Positions 1-9,922 of a DNA stretch of 64,000 bases are shown here, in pieces. The notes below the pieces were generated by a model that saw only the letters and a program-made list of their open reading frames with translations, made no database searches and was not told the DNA's origin. The position numbers and the translations under genes were made by a program. This DNA is from Candidatus Heimdallarchaeum aukensis (GTDB lineage Archaea > Asgardarchaeota > Heimdallarchaeia > Heimdallarchaeales > Heimdallarchaeaceae), in the NCBI GenBank assembly GCA_021513695.1, contig CP084166.1, positions 2,496,001 through 2,560,000 of the forward strand, written 5' to 3'. Positions within the stretch are counted from its first letter, which is position 1; each line of letters opens with the position of its first letter.

Positions 1-993
1 GAAGAAGCTGAGAAAAAAAGTGTTGAAACTGCAACTTATTTTGAAGAAAAACTTTTTCCCGGATTTTCTATGAAATTTGTTGAAAATATACTGGAAGAGT
101 TACGTCTACTAGGATTAGTTGATAATGGACATAAATTAACACAGAAAGGAATAGAAACAATAGAAGAAGAAGATGTTACTGTACCAGATGAAGGAACTTT
201 TGAAATACACGTTGTTAATGATGTTCTAATACCACAAGTTATTATTGATATCAAACCCCTTGAACCAAATTTATCAAGTGAACTAGCCATAAAAAGAAAG
301 CAAGGTAAACAATCAAAATTAGAGTTACCTGAATTAATCTTAAAAACAAAGGGAAGCACATTTAACATTTTTGACGACAAAAGGCGTAAAGTTACAATTC
401 ACGAAATACAAAAAGTAGGTTTAAAAAATAAAAATAATGAAAAATTAGACGTTGAATTAGCATTTGACGAAAAAAAATGGACACTCAAAGTTACTTTTAA
501 TAAAGAAAAGTTTGATCTGCACTTACCACAATGGTTTAATCAAACTGATGTTGTTGATAAAGTACTTACGTTATTCTCAGCAAAGGCTGATTTAAAACAA
601 TGGAGGTTACCGCAAGATCCGACTAAGCTAGAAAAAAAAGAAATTACTAGTTTTAATAAAAATTTCCAAAAAGATAATGTAAAACTTTCTTCATTAGGCA
701 AATTTAACATAGTTAGACTAATTGGCGTTCCCATTTTTCCGGATAGTCAAAAAAGTGCAGAAAAATGGTCAAAGAAATTATTTATTGAAAAAAAACTTTC
801 TAATTATATGACAACAAAAGATTTTGAGACTGAATGGCGACAAATGATCAAAGAATATAGTGGAAAGTTTGATAAGTTTGACCTACCACCTCCAAAAATT
901 ATGGATTTGTTAGATGAGATAACTTATGCTTCACAAAAATATTGGTTTCTGCAAGCACCATTAGATATGAATATTGAGGAGTTTGTCATATGA
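1..993 (+). CDS. hypothetical protein, probably 5'-partial (first in-window ATG at 70); first visible gene of a co-directional PLD / CARF-like / PIN-like cluster
   Basis: Frame 1 is open from nt 1 to the TGA at 991-993. That stop overlaps the next gene's start (ATGA at 990-993). 'LEELRLLGLVDNGHKLTQKG' looks like a winged-helix segment. No catalytic motif recognised. Confidence 0.55.
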   Translation, partial: EEAEKKSVETATYFEEKLFPGFSMKFVENILEELRLLGLVDNGHKLTQKGIETIEEEDVTVPDEGTFEIHVVNDVLIPQVIIDIKPLEPNLSSELAIKRKQGKQSKLELPELILKTKGSTFNIFDDKRRKVTIHEIQKVGLKNKNNEKLDVELAFDEKKWTLKVTFNKEKFDLHLPQWFNQTDVVDKVLTLFSAKADLKQWRLPQDPTKLEKKEITSFNKNFQKDNVKLSSLGKFNIVRLIGVPIFPDSQKSAEKWSKKLFIEKKLSNYMTTKDFETEWRQMIKEYSGKFDKFDLPPPKIMDLLDEITYASQKYWFLQAPLDMNIEEFVI

Positions 994-2522
994 TTAAACA
1001 AAAAGAACAGACTAACACTTATTTAAATGATAAAGAAGTTCCATCGCATTGGAGAAGTTTAATAAAAGAACAACCTGTTTTTAAAGATACCAACAAAATT
1101 ATTCCAATAGATAAAAAAAATAATCGATTTCGTACTCTTTTATTGAACTCTATAAAAAACGCAAAACAAACGATTATGATGTGTTCTTTTATTCTTAGTG
1201 ATCCTGATATTATTGATTCGTTATTAAAAGCTTCAGAAAGGGGGGTTAGGTGTTATCTATTATTTTCTACAGAAGCTCAATTGTCAAAGGAATATAAAAA
1301 AGAACAATCAGAGTTTGATGAAAAGACCCTAGAAGAACATAAGCAGATGTTAGATAGACTTGCTGGAAAAATTTTAGCTAGAACGTGTGATCATTTACAT
1401 GCTAAATTTTTGTTAGTCGATTATGGCAATCCAGAACAGAAGGGTTTCATTTCAACTGCGAATTTTACAAAAGAAGCGCTTACAAGAAATCAGGAACTAG
1501 GTGTAATTCTTAGTGATTCTGAAATAAATTTTCTATTTAATTTCTTTGTATTAGGTTTTTGGGTCGAAAGTAAAAATGAACTAGTAAGAAAAAATAATTG
1601 GGACGCTGTTAAATTAATTAATCTTAAACCACTAAAAGGAAATAATCAAATTTTTTATACTACTAGTTCCAACCAAACCCTAAAAAACGAATTAGAAAAA
1701 ATAATCGAGAATGAAACAAAAGAATTAGTGGTCTCAAGTTATGGGTTTGATGATGAACATCCTATTGTAGAGTTACTAATAAATAAAGCACAAAATATTA
1801 ACTTGACCATAATTACAAGACCAAGAGAAAAAAATCATAAAGTCATAGAAAAATTTACAAATGCTGGAGCAAAGGTTGTTGCTTATGATTATCTACATGC
1901 AAAGTTTATTCTTTCGCCTTCAACAAATCAAGGAATAATTATGACTGCAAATTTAGAGAGTAAAGGTCTAGAAACTGGTTATGAGGTTGGTATTAAAATT
2001 ACAAGAAAATATTTTGATGAACTGTTAACAATCTCAAGAGTCTGGATCGATTCTGCACCATTAATTTGGTATAATAAGACTTCTATTAAAAATTTGGAAC
2101 CTGGTACAATCAAAATTCCTAAAGGGAAGGATTATGATACCATAGAAATTATTGATGAGTTTATAGATGAGCAAAAGATAGAGCCACAAGATTTGCATAA
2201 AATGGAGAAGTTATTAAAAGAAGAACCTAAATTAAAGAAAAATCTGGATAACAAACTTCCAAAAAAGATTATTGTTAAGAGAACAATTATTCCTCCAGTA
2301 CTTCCAAAGGATGCAGTAAAAGTAGAGTCTAAGCAACTATTTACTAGTAAGAAAAGTAGAAGAAGAGAAGCTGACGTAAAAGATAAGGAAATAAAGTTTC
2401 CCTTTGAAACTTATCGTTTAAAGAATATATATTATGTTGTTGTTAAGTCATTAAAAGATTTAGAAAAACTTAAGGAATTCCCTAAATTTAGACAAACTGT
2501 ACGTATTGTAACTAAAGGCTAA
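990..2522 (+). CDS. PLD-superfamily protein with two HKD motifs (putative nuclease), Lys-rich C-terminal tail
   Basis: Two HxK(x4)D-type motifs: 'HLHAKFLLVDYG...GFISTANFT' and 'YLHAKFILSPSTNQGIIMTANLES'. Start overlaps the upstream stop by 4 nt. Confidence 0.8.
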   Translation: MIKQKEQTNTYLNDKEVPSHWRSLIKEQPVFKDTNKIIPIDKKNNRFRTLLLNSIKNAKQTIMMCSFILSDPDIIDSLLKASERGVRCYLLFSTEAQLSKEYKKEQSEFDEKTLEEHKQMLDRLAGKILARTCDHLHAKFLLVDYGNPEQKGFISTANFTKEALTRNQELGVILSDSEINFLFNFFVLGFWVESKNELVRKNNWDAVKLINLKPLKGNNQIFYTTSSNQTLKNELEKIIENETKELVVSSYGFDDEHPIVELLINKAQNINLTIITRPREKNHKVIEKFTNAGAKVVAYDYLHAKFILSPSTNQGIIMTANLESKGLETGYEVGIKITRKYFDELLTISRVWIDSAPLIWYNKTSIKNLEPGTIKIPKGKDYDTIEIIDEFIDEQKIEPQDLHKMEKLLKEEPKLKKNLDNKLPKKIIVKRTIIPPVLPKDAVKVESKQLFTSKKSRRREADVKDKEIKFPFETYRLKNIYYVVVKSLKDLEKLKEFPKFRQTVRIVTKG

Positions 2523-2556
2523 AACTGCAACTCAATAGATTTATAAATTGTAAAAT

Positions 2557-2560
2557 GGAG
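2557..2560 (+). promoter_or_regulatory. Shine-Dalgarno-like GGAG 8 nt upstream of the GTG start at 2569
   Basis: 'aaaatGGAGctaaaaaaGTG'. The nearby ATG at 2555 is in another frame and terminates after 14 codons. Confidence 0.3.
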
Positions 2561-2568
2561 CTAAAAAA

Positions 2569-3108
2569 GTGTCATACGATTTACTATATATTTCATTAAT
2601 GGGCTCATCAGAAAAAGCTGTAGCAAATTCAATATATGCTTCTTTAAAGAATTTAGTTAAAACTGATAAGAAAAATTGGGTTCTGGTGTTTGCAAAATCT
2701 AAATCAACACCAATAAATGGAGAAAGAATTGTTGAAATATTAGATGAGTATAAAAACACTTATACTAAAGCTAAATGGTACAACGCTCCTGTTGATTTTG
2801 ATGAGTTTGAAATTGAAGAATCCAACCTTCTTAAATCAATGGAACAGATAATAAATTATGTGGAAGAAACAGAAAAGAACTACTCTGACATCTTTATAGA
2901 TATAACACCAGGTAGAAAAGTAATGTCTGTTGCAGCCACTCTAGCCGCAATAAATCTCTGTAAATCATCAGAGTTCAATGATATCAAAATAATATACTAT
3001 TTGTTGAAAAATGTTGATGAACATAAAGATAAAGACGCACCTGAACTATATCCTGATGAGTACAAAGTGTCGAGTTGGTCTGTTAAAGATATAAGTAAAA
3101 GAATTTAG
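2569..3108 (+). CDS. small stand-alone CARF-like domain protein (possible cyclic-oligonucleotide sensor or ring-nuclease-like)
   Basis: N-terminal strand followed by polar residues ('LLYISLMGSSEKA'). 'DITPGRK' fits the CARF beta4 signature [DN]x[ST]xxx[RK] and resembles the DxTHG motif of Csx1-type proteins. At 179 aa it is a single-domain protein. GTG start. Confidence 0.45.
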   Translation: MSYDLLYISLMGSSEKAVANSIYASLKNLVKTDKKNWVLVFAKSKSTPINGERIVEILDEYKNTYTKAKWYNAPVDFDEFEIEESNLLKSMEQIINYVEETEKNYSDIFIDITPGRKVMSVAATLAAINLCKSSEFNDIKIIYYLLKNVDEHKDKDAPELYPDEYKVSSWSVKDISKRI

Positions 3109-3118
3109 AGGAAAAAGA

Positions 3119-4219
3119 ATGTCTGAAAAGCCAGTAATTTTGGAGTTTAGTGAGTTTTTTGAGAGTTATTTGTCAGAAAAACCTTTCATTATTCGAGGTT
3201 GGGATGAAGATGAGAATCAAGAATTTAGAATTGAATATAATGAAGGTATTACAACATTTGATAAAAATTTAAAACCCTTAGATATAAAGAATTATCTCTT
3301 TAATATTGGTATCTTCCCTTCTGATGAAAAATGGTGGAGAGAAAAAGCATTTAAAAAATTGGAAAAACGATATAATGAAGCAATTGAAGAAGAAGAGGTT
3401 CCTGCTCTGGGTTTAGATACAAATATAATAATAAATGGCGTTTTTATCAACAGGTTAAGAGGATTATTAAAAAGGAAACTTAAATGGGAAAATCCTCTCC
3501 TTCTACTGTCTCTTGCTTCATCTCACGAGCTTCACTATGGAGCAGAATCAAAATATAATGACTCGTTTTATAACAAATCAAAATTGGACAATATATGGGA
3601 ATTTATTTTATCACTAGATTCTCAAACACAGGAACTAGCTAAGACTGTTTTTGGCACCTATAAACCTATAGAAAACAAAAACATTTTGAGTTCTTTACAT
3701 TGTAAAAGAGGAAGAATAGGGCTTATAGGTTCATATAACTATTATAAACATAAGAAACTACCAAATACTCTCATCATAAAATCGATTCATCCTTATAATG
3801 TTGCAAAGTTTGATTCAGATGGGCATAAATATAAAGGAATTGATGCAATTTACGACACTTTAATTGCTTATGAGTTCACTCAGTTTATGACCTTTACAAA
3901 TACAAAAGTAACGATTTTAACAATGGATAATTCTTTAGCAAGTTTATTACAAAATGCATCAGTGGATGTAGTTTATATACCACCTCCAAGTAAATTTCAA
4001 TTACCAAAAGAAATAATTATCCCTCAAAGAAATTGTTCTATCCTTCTGAGAGAACTATTAGTAAGATCTCCTTTTATCGTTATTGAGGATGAAAATAAAA
4101 AAATAGTATTATCAATGATTTGGATAGGACAAACAGATGAAGAAAAAGCAAAAGGAGTAATTCATGGAGTAGTGAAAGAAAAAAATAAAACTAGATATTT
4201 ATTAATAAAGAGCCAATAA
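3119..4219 (+). CDS. PIN-like nuclease domain protein with uncharacterised ~95-aa N-terminal region
   Basis: 'ALGLDTNIIINGVF' is a typical first PIN acidic motif. Later candidate acidic positions are 'HYGAESKY', 'IDAIYDTLIAYE' and 'ILTMDNSLASLL' (T-x-D type last motif). GAGG lies upstream of the ATG. Confidence 0.45.
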   Translation: MSEKPVILEFSEFFESYLSEKPFIIRGWDEDENQEFRIEYNEGITTFDKNLKPLDIKNYLFNIGIFPSDEKWWREKAFKKLEKRYNEAIEEEEVPALGLDTNIIINGVFINRLRGLLKRKLKWENPLLLLSLASSHELHYGAESKYNDSFYNKSKLDNIWEFILSLDSQTQELAKTVFGTYKPIENKNILSSLHCKRGRIGLIGSYNYYKHKKLPNTLIIKSIHPYNVAKFDSDGHKYKGIDAIYDTLIAYEFTQFMTFTNTKVTILTMDNSLASLLQNASVDVVYIPPPSKFQLPKEIIIPQRNCSILLRELLVRSPFIVIEDENKKIVLSMIWIGQTDEEKAKGVIHGVVKEKNKTRYLLIKSQ

Positions 4220-4305
4220 ATTCTTATCATCTTTTTGTAATTCGCTTAATTGCTTCTTAAGTATTGAATAGATAAATTAAAGCAAGCTGATGCTAAAATA
4301 TTTAA

Positions 4306-5127
4306 GTGAAAAACACTTTTACTGTTATGGAAAATTGCTCTCTTTCTTCTAAAGATATGATTAAATTATACCTAGAAGTTGAAAAGGTTGCACGGTTTTA
4401 TGGAAAAATAAGACTTGTAGTCAATGATAAATTAAAGGCTGATCTTAAGGGAGAAGAGAAGACGAATTGTGGGCAGTTTCCTGCAAATAGTAAAAAGTTC
4501 CAAAAGTATTGGGGACTATTTAAAGAATTAAATATGAATACAAAGAAAATAAACAAATCCTATAAAACAATTAGTATTCCTAAAGAAGAATATAATAATT
4601 TAAAGAATAACAATAATAAATTAAAATATCAACGTTTTAATGTTCTTCGAGACTATTTTGCAATAAAAAGAATTCAAACTCTTCCACCAGAAAAAAAAGA
4701 ACAAATAATAATTACACTAGGATATAGAGATATCTTGCCACCAAACGTAGAAATGAAAACTTCAAATGAAAACCTAATCAAAATAATTGAAAATACAGAA
4801 GATTATTTAATTTATTTTAATTTGGAATCAGAGTTTGCGTTTCGTATGATATTTAGACATTTTTTGTGTTCGTTTTTGTTTAATGAACTTAACCTTTTTC
4901 CTGATAAAGAGATTCATATTTTAAAAAGAAATAGTTTGAAAAGCAAAAATAAGAATAATAAAGCTATTTCTAATCGTCTAATTATTTATAAGAGTGACAA
5001 GAAAAACTTTGAACTTATTTCAGAAACTACTTATCAAAACTTATTGAAACTTGTGGATGATACACAACTACACCAAAAACTTATGAAAATTCATTTAGAT
5101 TTTGAAAGAAATAAAGAAGGAATATAG
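4306..5127 (+). CDS. hypothetical Lys/Asn-rich protein (start uncertain: GTG 4306 or ATG 4327)
   Basis: Long ORF with no competing ORF on the other strand. No motif recognised. Confidence 0.4.
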   Translation: MKNTFTVMENCSLSSKDMIKLYLEVEKVARFYGKIRLVVNDKLKADLKGEEKTNCGQFPANSKKFQKYWGLFKELNMNTKKINKSYKTISIPKEEYNNLKNNNNKLKYQRFNVLRDYFAIKRIQTLPPEKKEQIIITLGYRDILPPNVEMKTSNENLIKIIENTEDYLIYFNLESEFAFRMIFRHFLCSFLFNELNLFPDKEIHILKRNSLKSKNKNNKAISNRLIIYKSDKKNFELISETTYQNLLKLVDDTQLHQKLMKIHLDFERNKEGI

Positions 5128-5172
5128 GACTAAAGAAATTAGTTAACAAGTTTTTATCATTAGATAAAATCA

Positions 5173-5949
5173 TTAATAATCATTAATGCAAATATCTTTG
5201 ATTTTAAAATTCTCTTTGCCTTCTTTAATTGGATACAAAAACCACCAACGCTTTGACAGCTCTTTTTCAGATATATTCTCTATGAGATTCGAAATAAAGT
5301 AAGAAAATGACAAGTTCTCTATTTTGTAGATAGAATACACATCATTAAGTTTGTCTTGCATTTCTCTTTCTAGCCATAATTTAATAAATAGATTTTCACC
5401 CATGCAAATATGATTTACAAACCCTTGACTATTTTTTAATGCTGCAATAATGTGTCCTTGAATTAATCCTTCATTTAAACTATTAGATCCACTATAAGCG
5501 AAAATTCCATTAAACTTGCTTTTTCCAATTATTTTTCCATTAAAAGACGCATTATCCATAATTTCTTTAATGTTGCTATTGTTTACTTTTGTTTTGACTT
5601 CAATGATACCTTTAACATTATCTGGTGTTGTAATTACAAAATCTCCTTCTACAAATAACGCTGGATATGTATTATCGTATAGAATTATATCTATTTGTTT
5701 TGATATTTCAGTTCCGAAATTCTCACAATTATGTTTATAATTAATTATGAATCCTGTTCCTATGCTTATGTTAGAAGGCAAAAAACGTTTAATAACATTT
5801 TTTAATATAGCTTCCTTAAATCTTCCTTCTTCTCCCCAGTGTCTATTTCCTATAAGATTTCTTACTCTATTTTGAACAATTTTCAACTCTCTTGTAATAG
5901 AACTATGAAATTCTTTAGGGTTTATATCCCATCTATTCCTCTGATTCAT
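5173..5949 (-). CDS. PD-(D/E)xK-type nuclease-like protein (resembles DUF6602 family)
   Basis: 'SKQIDIILYD...' followed ~30 aa later by 'VKGIIEVKTK' gives a D...E-x-K arrangement. Family assignment is from memory of the consensus, not a search. Confidence 0.5.
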   Translation of the reverse strand: MNQRNRWDINPKEFHSSITRELKIVQNRVRNLIGNRHWGEEGRFKEAILKNVIKRFLPSNISIGTGFIINYKHNCENFGTEISKQIDIILYDNTYPALFVEGDFVITTPDNVKGIIEVKTKVNNSNIKEIMDNASFNGKIIGKSKFNGIFAYSGSNSLNEGLIQGHIIAALKNSQGFVNHICMGENLFIKLWLEREMQDKLNDVYSIYKIENLSFSYFISNLIENISEKELSKRWWFLYPIKEGKENFKIKDICINDY

Positions 5950-6346
5950 ATGATTTATTCTTTTTGATGTTGAGTATATATTATTTACTACGTGTAATGC
6001 TTTACTGCTTATTCTTCCTACATTGATAACAGATAAATAAGTGGTTATGAGAGCAAATGATGTAGAATGATTAATCTTAATCGTAGTCTAGTGAGACTAA
6101 GGAAAATGTAGTAAAAAACTTAGGAAGAAGAACAGGTAGATAACAAAGTGGATAGTTCACAAAAACACAGATCTATTGGTAAAAAATGAACTGTTAGGAC
6201 ATAAAAGAAAAAAAGATAAATTAAGTAATCCATGATGACGAAATAAAACGGTGATATTAAACATATTTAAAAAATATAATTTAAAGATATACAATAATGA
6301 TTCGATTCATGAATTCTCAAGCAAGAATAATAGTAATATATAAAGC

Positions 6347-7109
6347 GGTAGTGTCTAGTTTTTTTCCGACAAAAATATTTGTGGGGACTCTAATAGTAAG
6401 ATATGAAAACACAAAAACTATCTGCTCTTTTTAAGAGATGCAGAGTCCCCAAAAAAATAATAATAAAAGCTATTTATGAATATATTGGTTCAAAGAATGG
6501 TTTGAGGACAGTAGCATGGAAGAATGGTTTAACGCATCAAACATTATTGTATTGGGTAAAGAAGTTCAGGCTCTTTAGGGAAAGTTTACATAGAGTTGTA
6601 GCAGAGAGAGGGGGAATACCAGAGATTATAGTAGTAGATGAAACAGAGATTAGGACCTCTCAAGGCTCAATATATCTGTGGTTCGCGTTAGATCCTTACA
6701 ACAAGACTTTACTGGGTTTTAGTATTACTAAAGGACGGAGTAATCTTGAATGTTTACTAACTTTCCGTTATTGGCTCAAATGTTGGGGTTTTAAGCCTCG
6801 TATTGTCGTTACAGATGCAGGGGTATGGTATCCTGTCTTACTTCGTCTAGGTATCAAAATCTCCGTTATCAAAGGTGGTTTACGCTCCTATATTGAACGT
6901 TTTAATGCTACTCTTAAGAGTTATCGTTGGTTTCATTCTATTCTCCACTGCACTTGTCCTATCCGTGCCGTCTATGGCTCTACTCATCTTTCTGGTTTTC
7001 TTACTCTCTTTATGCTCCATTATAATTTCGTTCGTCCTCATCAGAGCTTGGGACATCCTCCCCTTAGTTCCTTTTTACCTAGGAGGTGGTATAAAAACTA
7101 GACACTACC
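6347..7109 (+). mobile_element. IS6-like insertion sequence, copy A (763 bp), with its own flanking direct repeat
   Basis: Terminal inverted repeats: GGTAGTGTCTAGTTTTT (6347-6363) and its reverse complement (7093-7109). A 9-bp direct repeat ATATAAAGC abuts each end (6338-6346 and 7110-7118). Single DDE ORF inside. Confidence 0.85.
6403..7101 (+). CDS. DDE transposase (IS6-like; family tentative)
   Basis: Candidate D-D-E: 'VVDETEI', 'VVTDAGVWY', 'YIERFNATLK' (K at E+7). C-terminal 'YNFVRPHQSLG' is integrase-core-like. About 93% identical to the copy at 14619-15317. Confidence 0.85.
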   Translation: MKTQKLSALFKRCRVPKKIIIKAIYEYIGSKNGLRTVAWKNGLTHQTLLYWVKKFRLFRESLHRVVAERGGIPEIIVVDETEIRTSQGSIYLWFALDPYNKTLLGFSITKGRSNLECLLTFRYWLKCWGFKPRIVVTDAGVWYPVLLRLGIKISVIKGGLRSYIERFNATLKSYRWFHSILHCTCPIRAVYGSTHLSGFLTLFMLHYNFVRPHQSLGHPPLSSFLPRRWYKN

Positions 7110-7408
7110 ATATAAAGCATTGGCAATAGTTTTATCAATAAATTTTACTGTACAATCAGCTGGAGGACAAAGTTGGGAAGCTAAAATGGTGACATAGATC
7201 ATATCGCTGTGGAAGATTGTTATTAACTCAATATTAAGCCTAATAGAAAGAAGAGATTCAATAGAAGTATAATTAAGATATCTCGTGATAATAATTAACT
7301 GTTTATTACGTACGAAGCAGTGTTACTTTATCAAAATTACAAATAAATTGACGCTTCAATATTAAATTCTTGACATTCGTGGAGAAAGATTGATTTATCA
7401 ATTGATTA

Positions 7409-9922
7409 TTATTTATCTCTATTTATGAAATTCATTAAAACCTTTAAGCAAGAATATTCTTCTAATTTACCAATATAAACATTCTTGAATTCACCATTGA
7501 TTTTTTCTCTTAAAATTAAATGTTTCTGTTTATTTATTATCAGGCGCCCACCAGTTGGTTTAAATTTTCTAAAAATAAACCACAAACTTTGAGCTTCTGG
7601 AAAAGTAATTTTTTCTGCTAATTCTTTTGGTTTGTTCAATAATAATTTTCCATTTGATTTAAAACTCAGAGTAATTATTGCTTTAGTATCTCCTAGGTAA
7701 AAATCTCCAATCTCTAGTTTTTGCAAATCTTCTTCTTCAATTTCCTCTTTTTTCTTATATTCCTTTTCTAGCGGCTTTTCTGATATAAACTCTCCAAATT
7801 CTGACCACAAACGATATTCAATATTGCTTTCACCAATCACCTCATTCCAATTTAATTTATAGAATATTTTTTCATCTGTTGTGTTTTTTACATAAATATT
7901 GAACAATGTTGTGTGAGTTTTTCCTTTTGCTTTTCGGAGTATTCTTCCCAAGGATTGAATTCTTTGTATTTTTGAAGACGATGATGCCATTATAATTCCT
8001 ATATTTGTTGAAGGGATATCTACTCCTTCAATTAGTGCCTTAGCTGATAATAGAACTCTGGTTATTCCTCTTCTATACAAAGTTAAACCAATCCTATTAA
8101 GTGATGAAGGAAATCCTGAATGATAAATGCTTACATAGGGAGAATCTAATTCAACAAAAACTCTATTTATCTCCCCTATAAGTTCATGAAATAAAATAAC
8201 TCTATCGTTTCTTGAAATTGTATATAAAGGACTAGTTTCATCGCTATATTCTTGAATATTTTTTGAAATCACTCTATTTAATATTTTTAATGTGAGTTTT
8301 TTTCTATTTTCTGACTGATATACTAAGTCCTTCCTTTCCTTTATTTTTTTGAAGTATTGGTTAATAAGTGGATCTTTTTTTTCTTTACTCATTTTCTGTA
8401 GAACGGGATAAATATTTATCATGTCAAGTGATAGTTGAGGATATTTGTAATTTAATGCATCAATAATTTTACTTATTTCTTTAGTTAAATTTTCATATTT
8501 TCTTTTTTCATGATTTGTAAGGACTACTCCATAGTTGTAAATATTGTATTTTGGTATTATTCCATCATCAAATGCATTTTTGTAAGTATAATTTCCTATT
8601 ATTTCTCCTAATTCTCGAATAATAACTTCATTAAAAGCATCATCCGATTCTCTTTCTGGTGTAGCTGATAGTCCTAAAGTGTAAGATCTCTTAGCTTTAT
8701 ATATCTCACGAAACTTCGGGGCGCCAGATTTGTGACACTCATCTACAATTAAAAGATTTGCTTGTAATTTTTCTGTAACTTTTCCTATTAGATTGTTTTC
8801 TATTGCAGAATTAATGACAAAAATGAAAATTTCTTTTTGATCAAAACTGTCTGAATAATCACCACCTTTTAATGCAATTTTTGACGGTTCAACGTGTAGT
8901 TTTTCTATAAGATTATCATACCATTGTTCTAGAAGTACTATTGTTGGGACAACTATAGTAACTGTCAAATTTGGTTCAATTTTCTTCATTTCTTGAATAA
9001 TTGCCATGGCTAAGTGTGTTTTCCCAGCTCCAGTAACTACTTTAGCAATACCTCTTTTCTGTTTCATCCATCGTTCAAGGAATTTTGATTGCCATGAATA
9101 AAGAGAATCTTGCAATTGCCATTCTAGTCCTTTAGTTTTTTTTATCTCTTTTTTCATGTCAATAATTGGGTTTTTCATGAATTCATCAAAATCGTTTTGA
9201 TGTTTAAGTATTTGATATCTCCACTTTCGATTAGGGAGATGGGCTTTAATTGTTAAGTGATATAGTTTTCTCAATTCTCTTATTGGTACATCTCTTCTAT
9301 TTAGTTTCTGTAATCGAGTAAGTAATTCTTTACTTAAATTGTGGGCGTAGGATAAAATTTCTTTTCTATCTCTCTCTCCTAAACTAATAGTTCCTTGATA
9401 GTAGTGGATCACTCCACATAAATCTAATACTTTCAAAATTTCTGACAAATATCTTCTGATTGTGTCTACATTCTCAATTTCATAATCATTTGCTTTAAGT
9501 AAGGTAATAAACTTAGAAAGTTTCAATCCTGAATTGTTTTTGCAAACGATATCATAAACATCTGGTAAAAAGTAAGCCCATTCTAAATTTCGACAAAGGC
9601 ATTTTAAAATATAGTTTTTATATTTAATTTTTCCGTCTAAATATTGGACAGAAAGATCAGAGAGAAAATAAAATTCATCTAAATATAGCATTTTATATGT
9701 AACTAAGCTGCCCAAATATCTTTTTGCCGTAGTGACTTTTATCTTTCCTTCTAATGTGTTACATAGTAGTAGCTTTGCTTCTTCTTCTGTAACTTTTTTA
9801 TCACGCAATTGCTTTAGAAAATTCTTCATTTTTTCTTCTGACTCAAGAATTGGATAAATTAGAGTCATATGGGGAACTTTCTTTTTTGTATCAATCAAAC
9901 CATCTGTCATAATTATCATCAA
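7409..9922 (-). CDS. SF2 (DEAD/DEAH, ResIII/XPB-like) helicase with ~270-aa unknown N-terminal region and a C-terminal copy of the module shared with the two upstream genes
   Basis: Motif I 'VVTGAGKTHLA', II 'LIVDECHKSG', III 'LGLSATPE', VI 'IQSLGRILRKAKGK'. The C-terminal 102 aa (nt 7412-7717) carry 'IGDFY...FKPTGGRLIINK...VYIGKL'. Start is ambiguous (several Met within the first 19 codons). Confidence 0.85.
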   Translation of the reverse strand: MMIIMTDGLIDTKKKVPHMTLIYPILESEEKMKNFLKQLRDKKVTEEEAKLLLCNTLEGKIKVTTAKRYLGSLVTYKMLYLDEFYFLSDLSVQYLDGKIKYKNYILKCLCRNLEWAYFLPDVYDIVCKNNSGLKLSKFITLLKANDYEIENVDTIRRYLSEILKVLDLCGVIHYYQGTISLGERDRKEILSYAHNLSKELLTRLQKLNRRDVPIRELRKLYHLTIKAHLPNRKWRYQILKHQNDFDEFMKNPIIDMKKEIKKTKGLEWQLQDSLYSWQSKFLERWMKQKRGIAKVVTGAGKTHLAMAIIQEMKKIEPNLTVTIVVPTIVLLEQWYDNLIEKLHVEPSKIALKGGDYSDSFDQKEIFIFVINSAIENNLIGKVTEKLQANLLIVDECHKSGAPKFREIYKAKRSYTLGLSATPERESDDAFNEVIIRELGEIIGNYTYKNAFDDGIIPKYNIYNYGVVLTNHEKRKYENLTKEISKIIDALNYKYPQLSLDMINIYPVLQKMSKEKKDPLINQYFKKIKERKDLVYQSENRKKLTLKILNRVISKNIQEYSDETSPLYTISRNDRVILFHELIGEINRVFVELDSPYVSIYHSGFPSSLNRIGLTLYRRGITRVLLSAKALIEGVDIPSTNIGIIMASSSSKIQRIQSLGRILRKAKGKTHTTLFNIYVKNTTDEKIFYKLNWNEVIGESNIEYRLWSEFGEFISEKPLEKEYKKKEEIEEEDLQKLEIGDFYLGDTKAIITLSFKSNGKLLLNKPKELAEKITFPEAQSLWFIFRKFKPTGGRLIINKQKHLILREKINGEFKNVYIGKLEEYSCLKVLMNFINRDK

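Noticed and set aside
36-380. Antisense or alternative-frame ORFs in the supplied track that lie inside longer, motif-supported genes. Examples: 36-380, 540-734, 2541-2759, 5516-5740, 11064-11396, 11499-11900, 16307-17598 (several), 19274-20078, 26310-26534, 27121-27802, 28541-28753, 30321-30641, 31725-31907, 33897-34269, 34717-35488, 38751-38951, 39429-40895 (several), 44610-44879, 48341-48703, 49889-50155, 52120-53181, 55547-55801, 57239-58382, 62704-62886, 63490-63801.
   Set aside because: Each is fully or largely overlapped by a longer ORF with recognisable catalytic motifs or operon logic. Their products are low-complexity Leu/Ile/Phe/Ser-rich strings, typical of shadow ORFs in AT-rich DNA.
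6875-7129. Alternative-frame ORFs inside both IS6-like copies (6875-7129 and 14474-14917) that are conserved between the copies.
   Set aside because: Conservation follows from the nucleotide identity of the two IS copies. The products are hydrophobic shadow sequences, and the DDE ORF accounts for the element.
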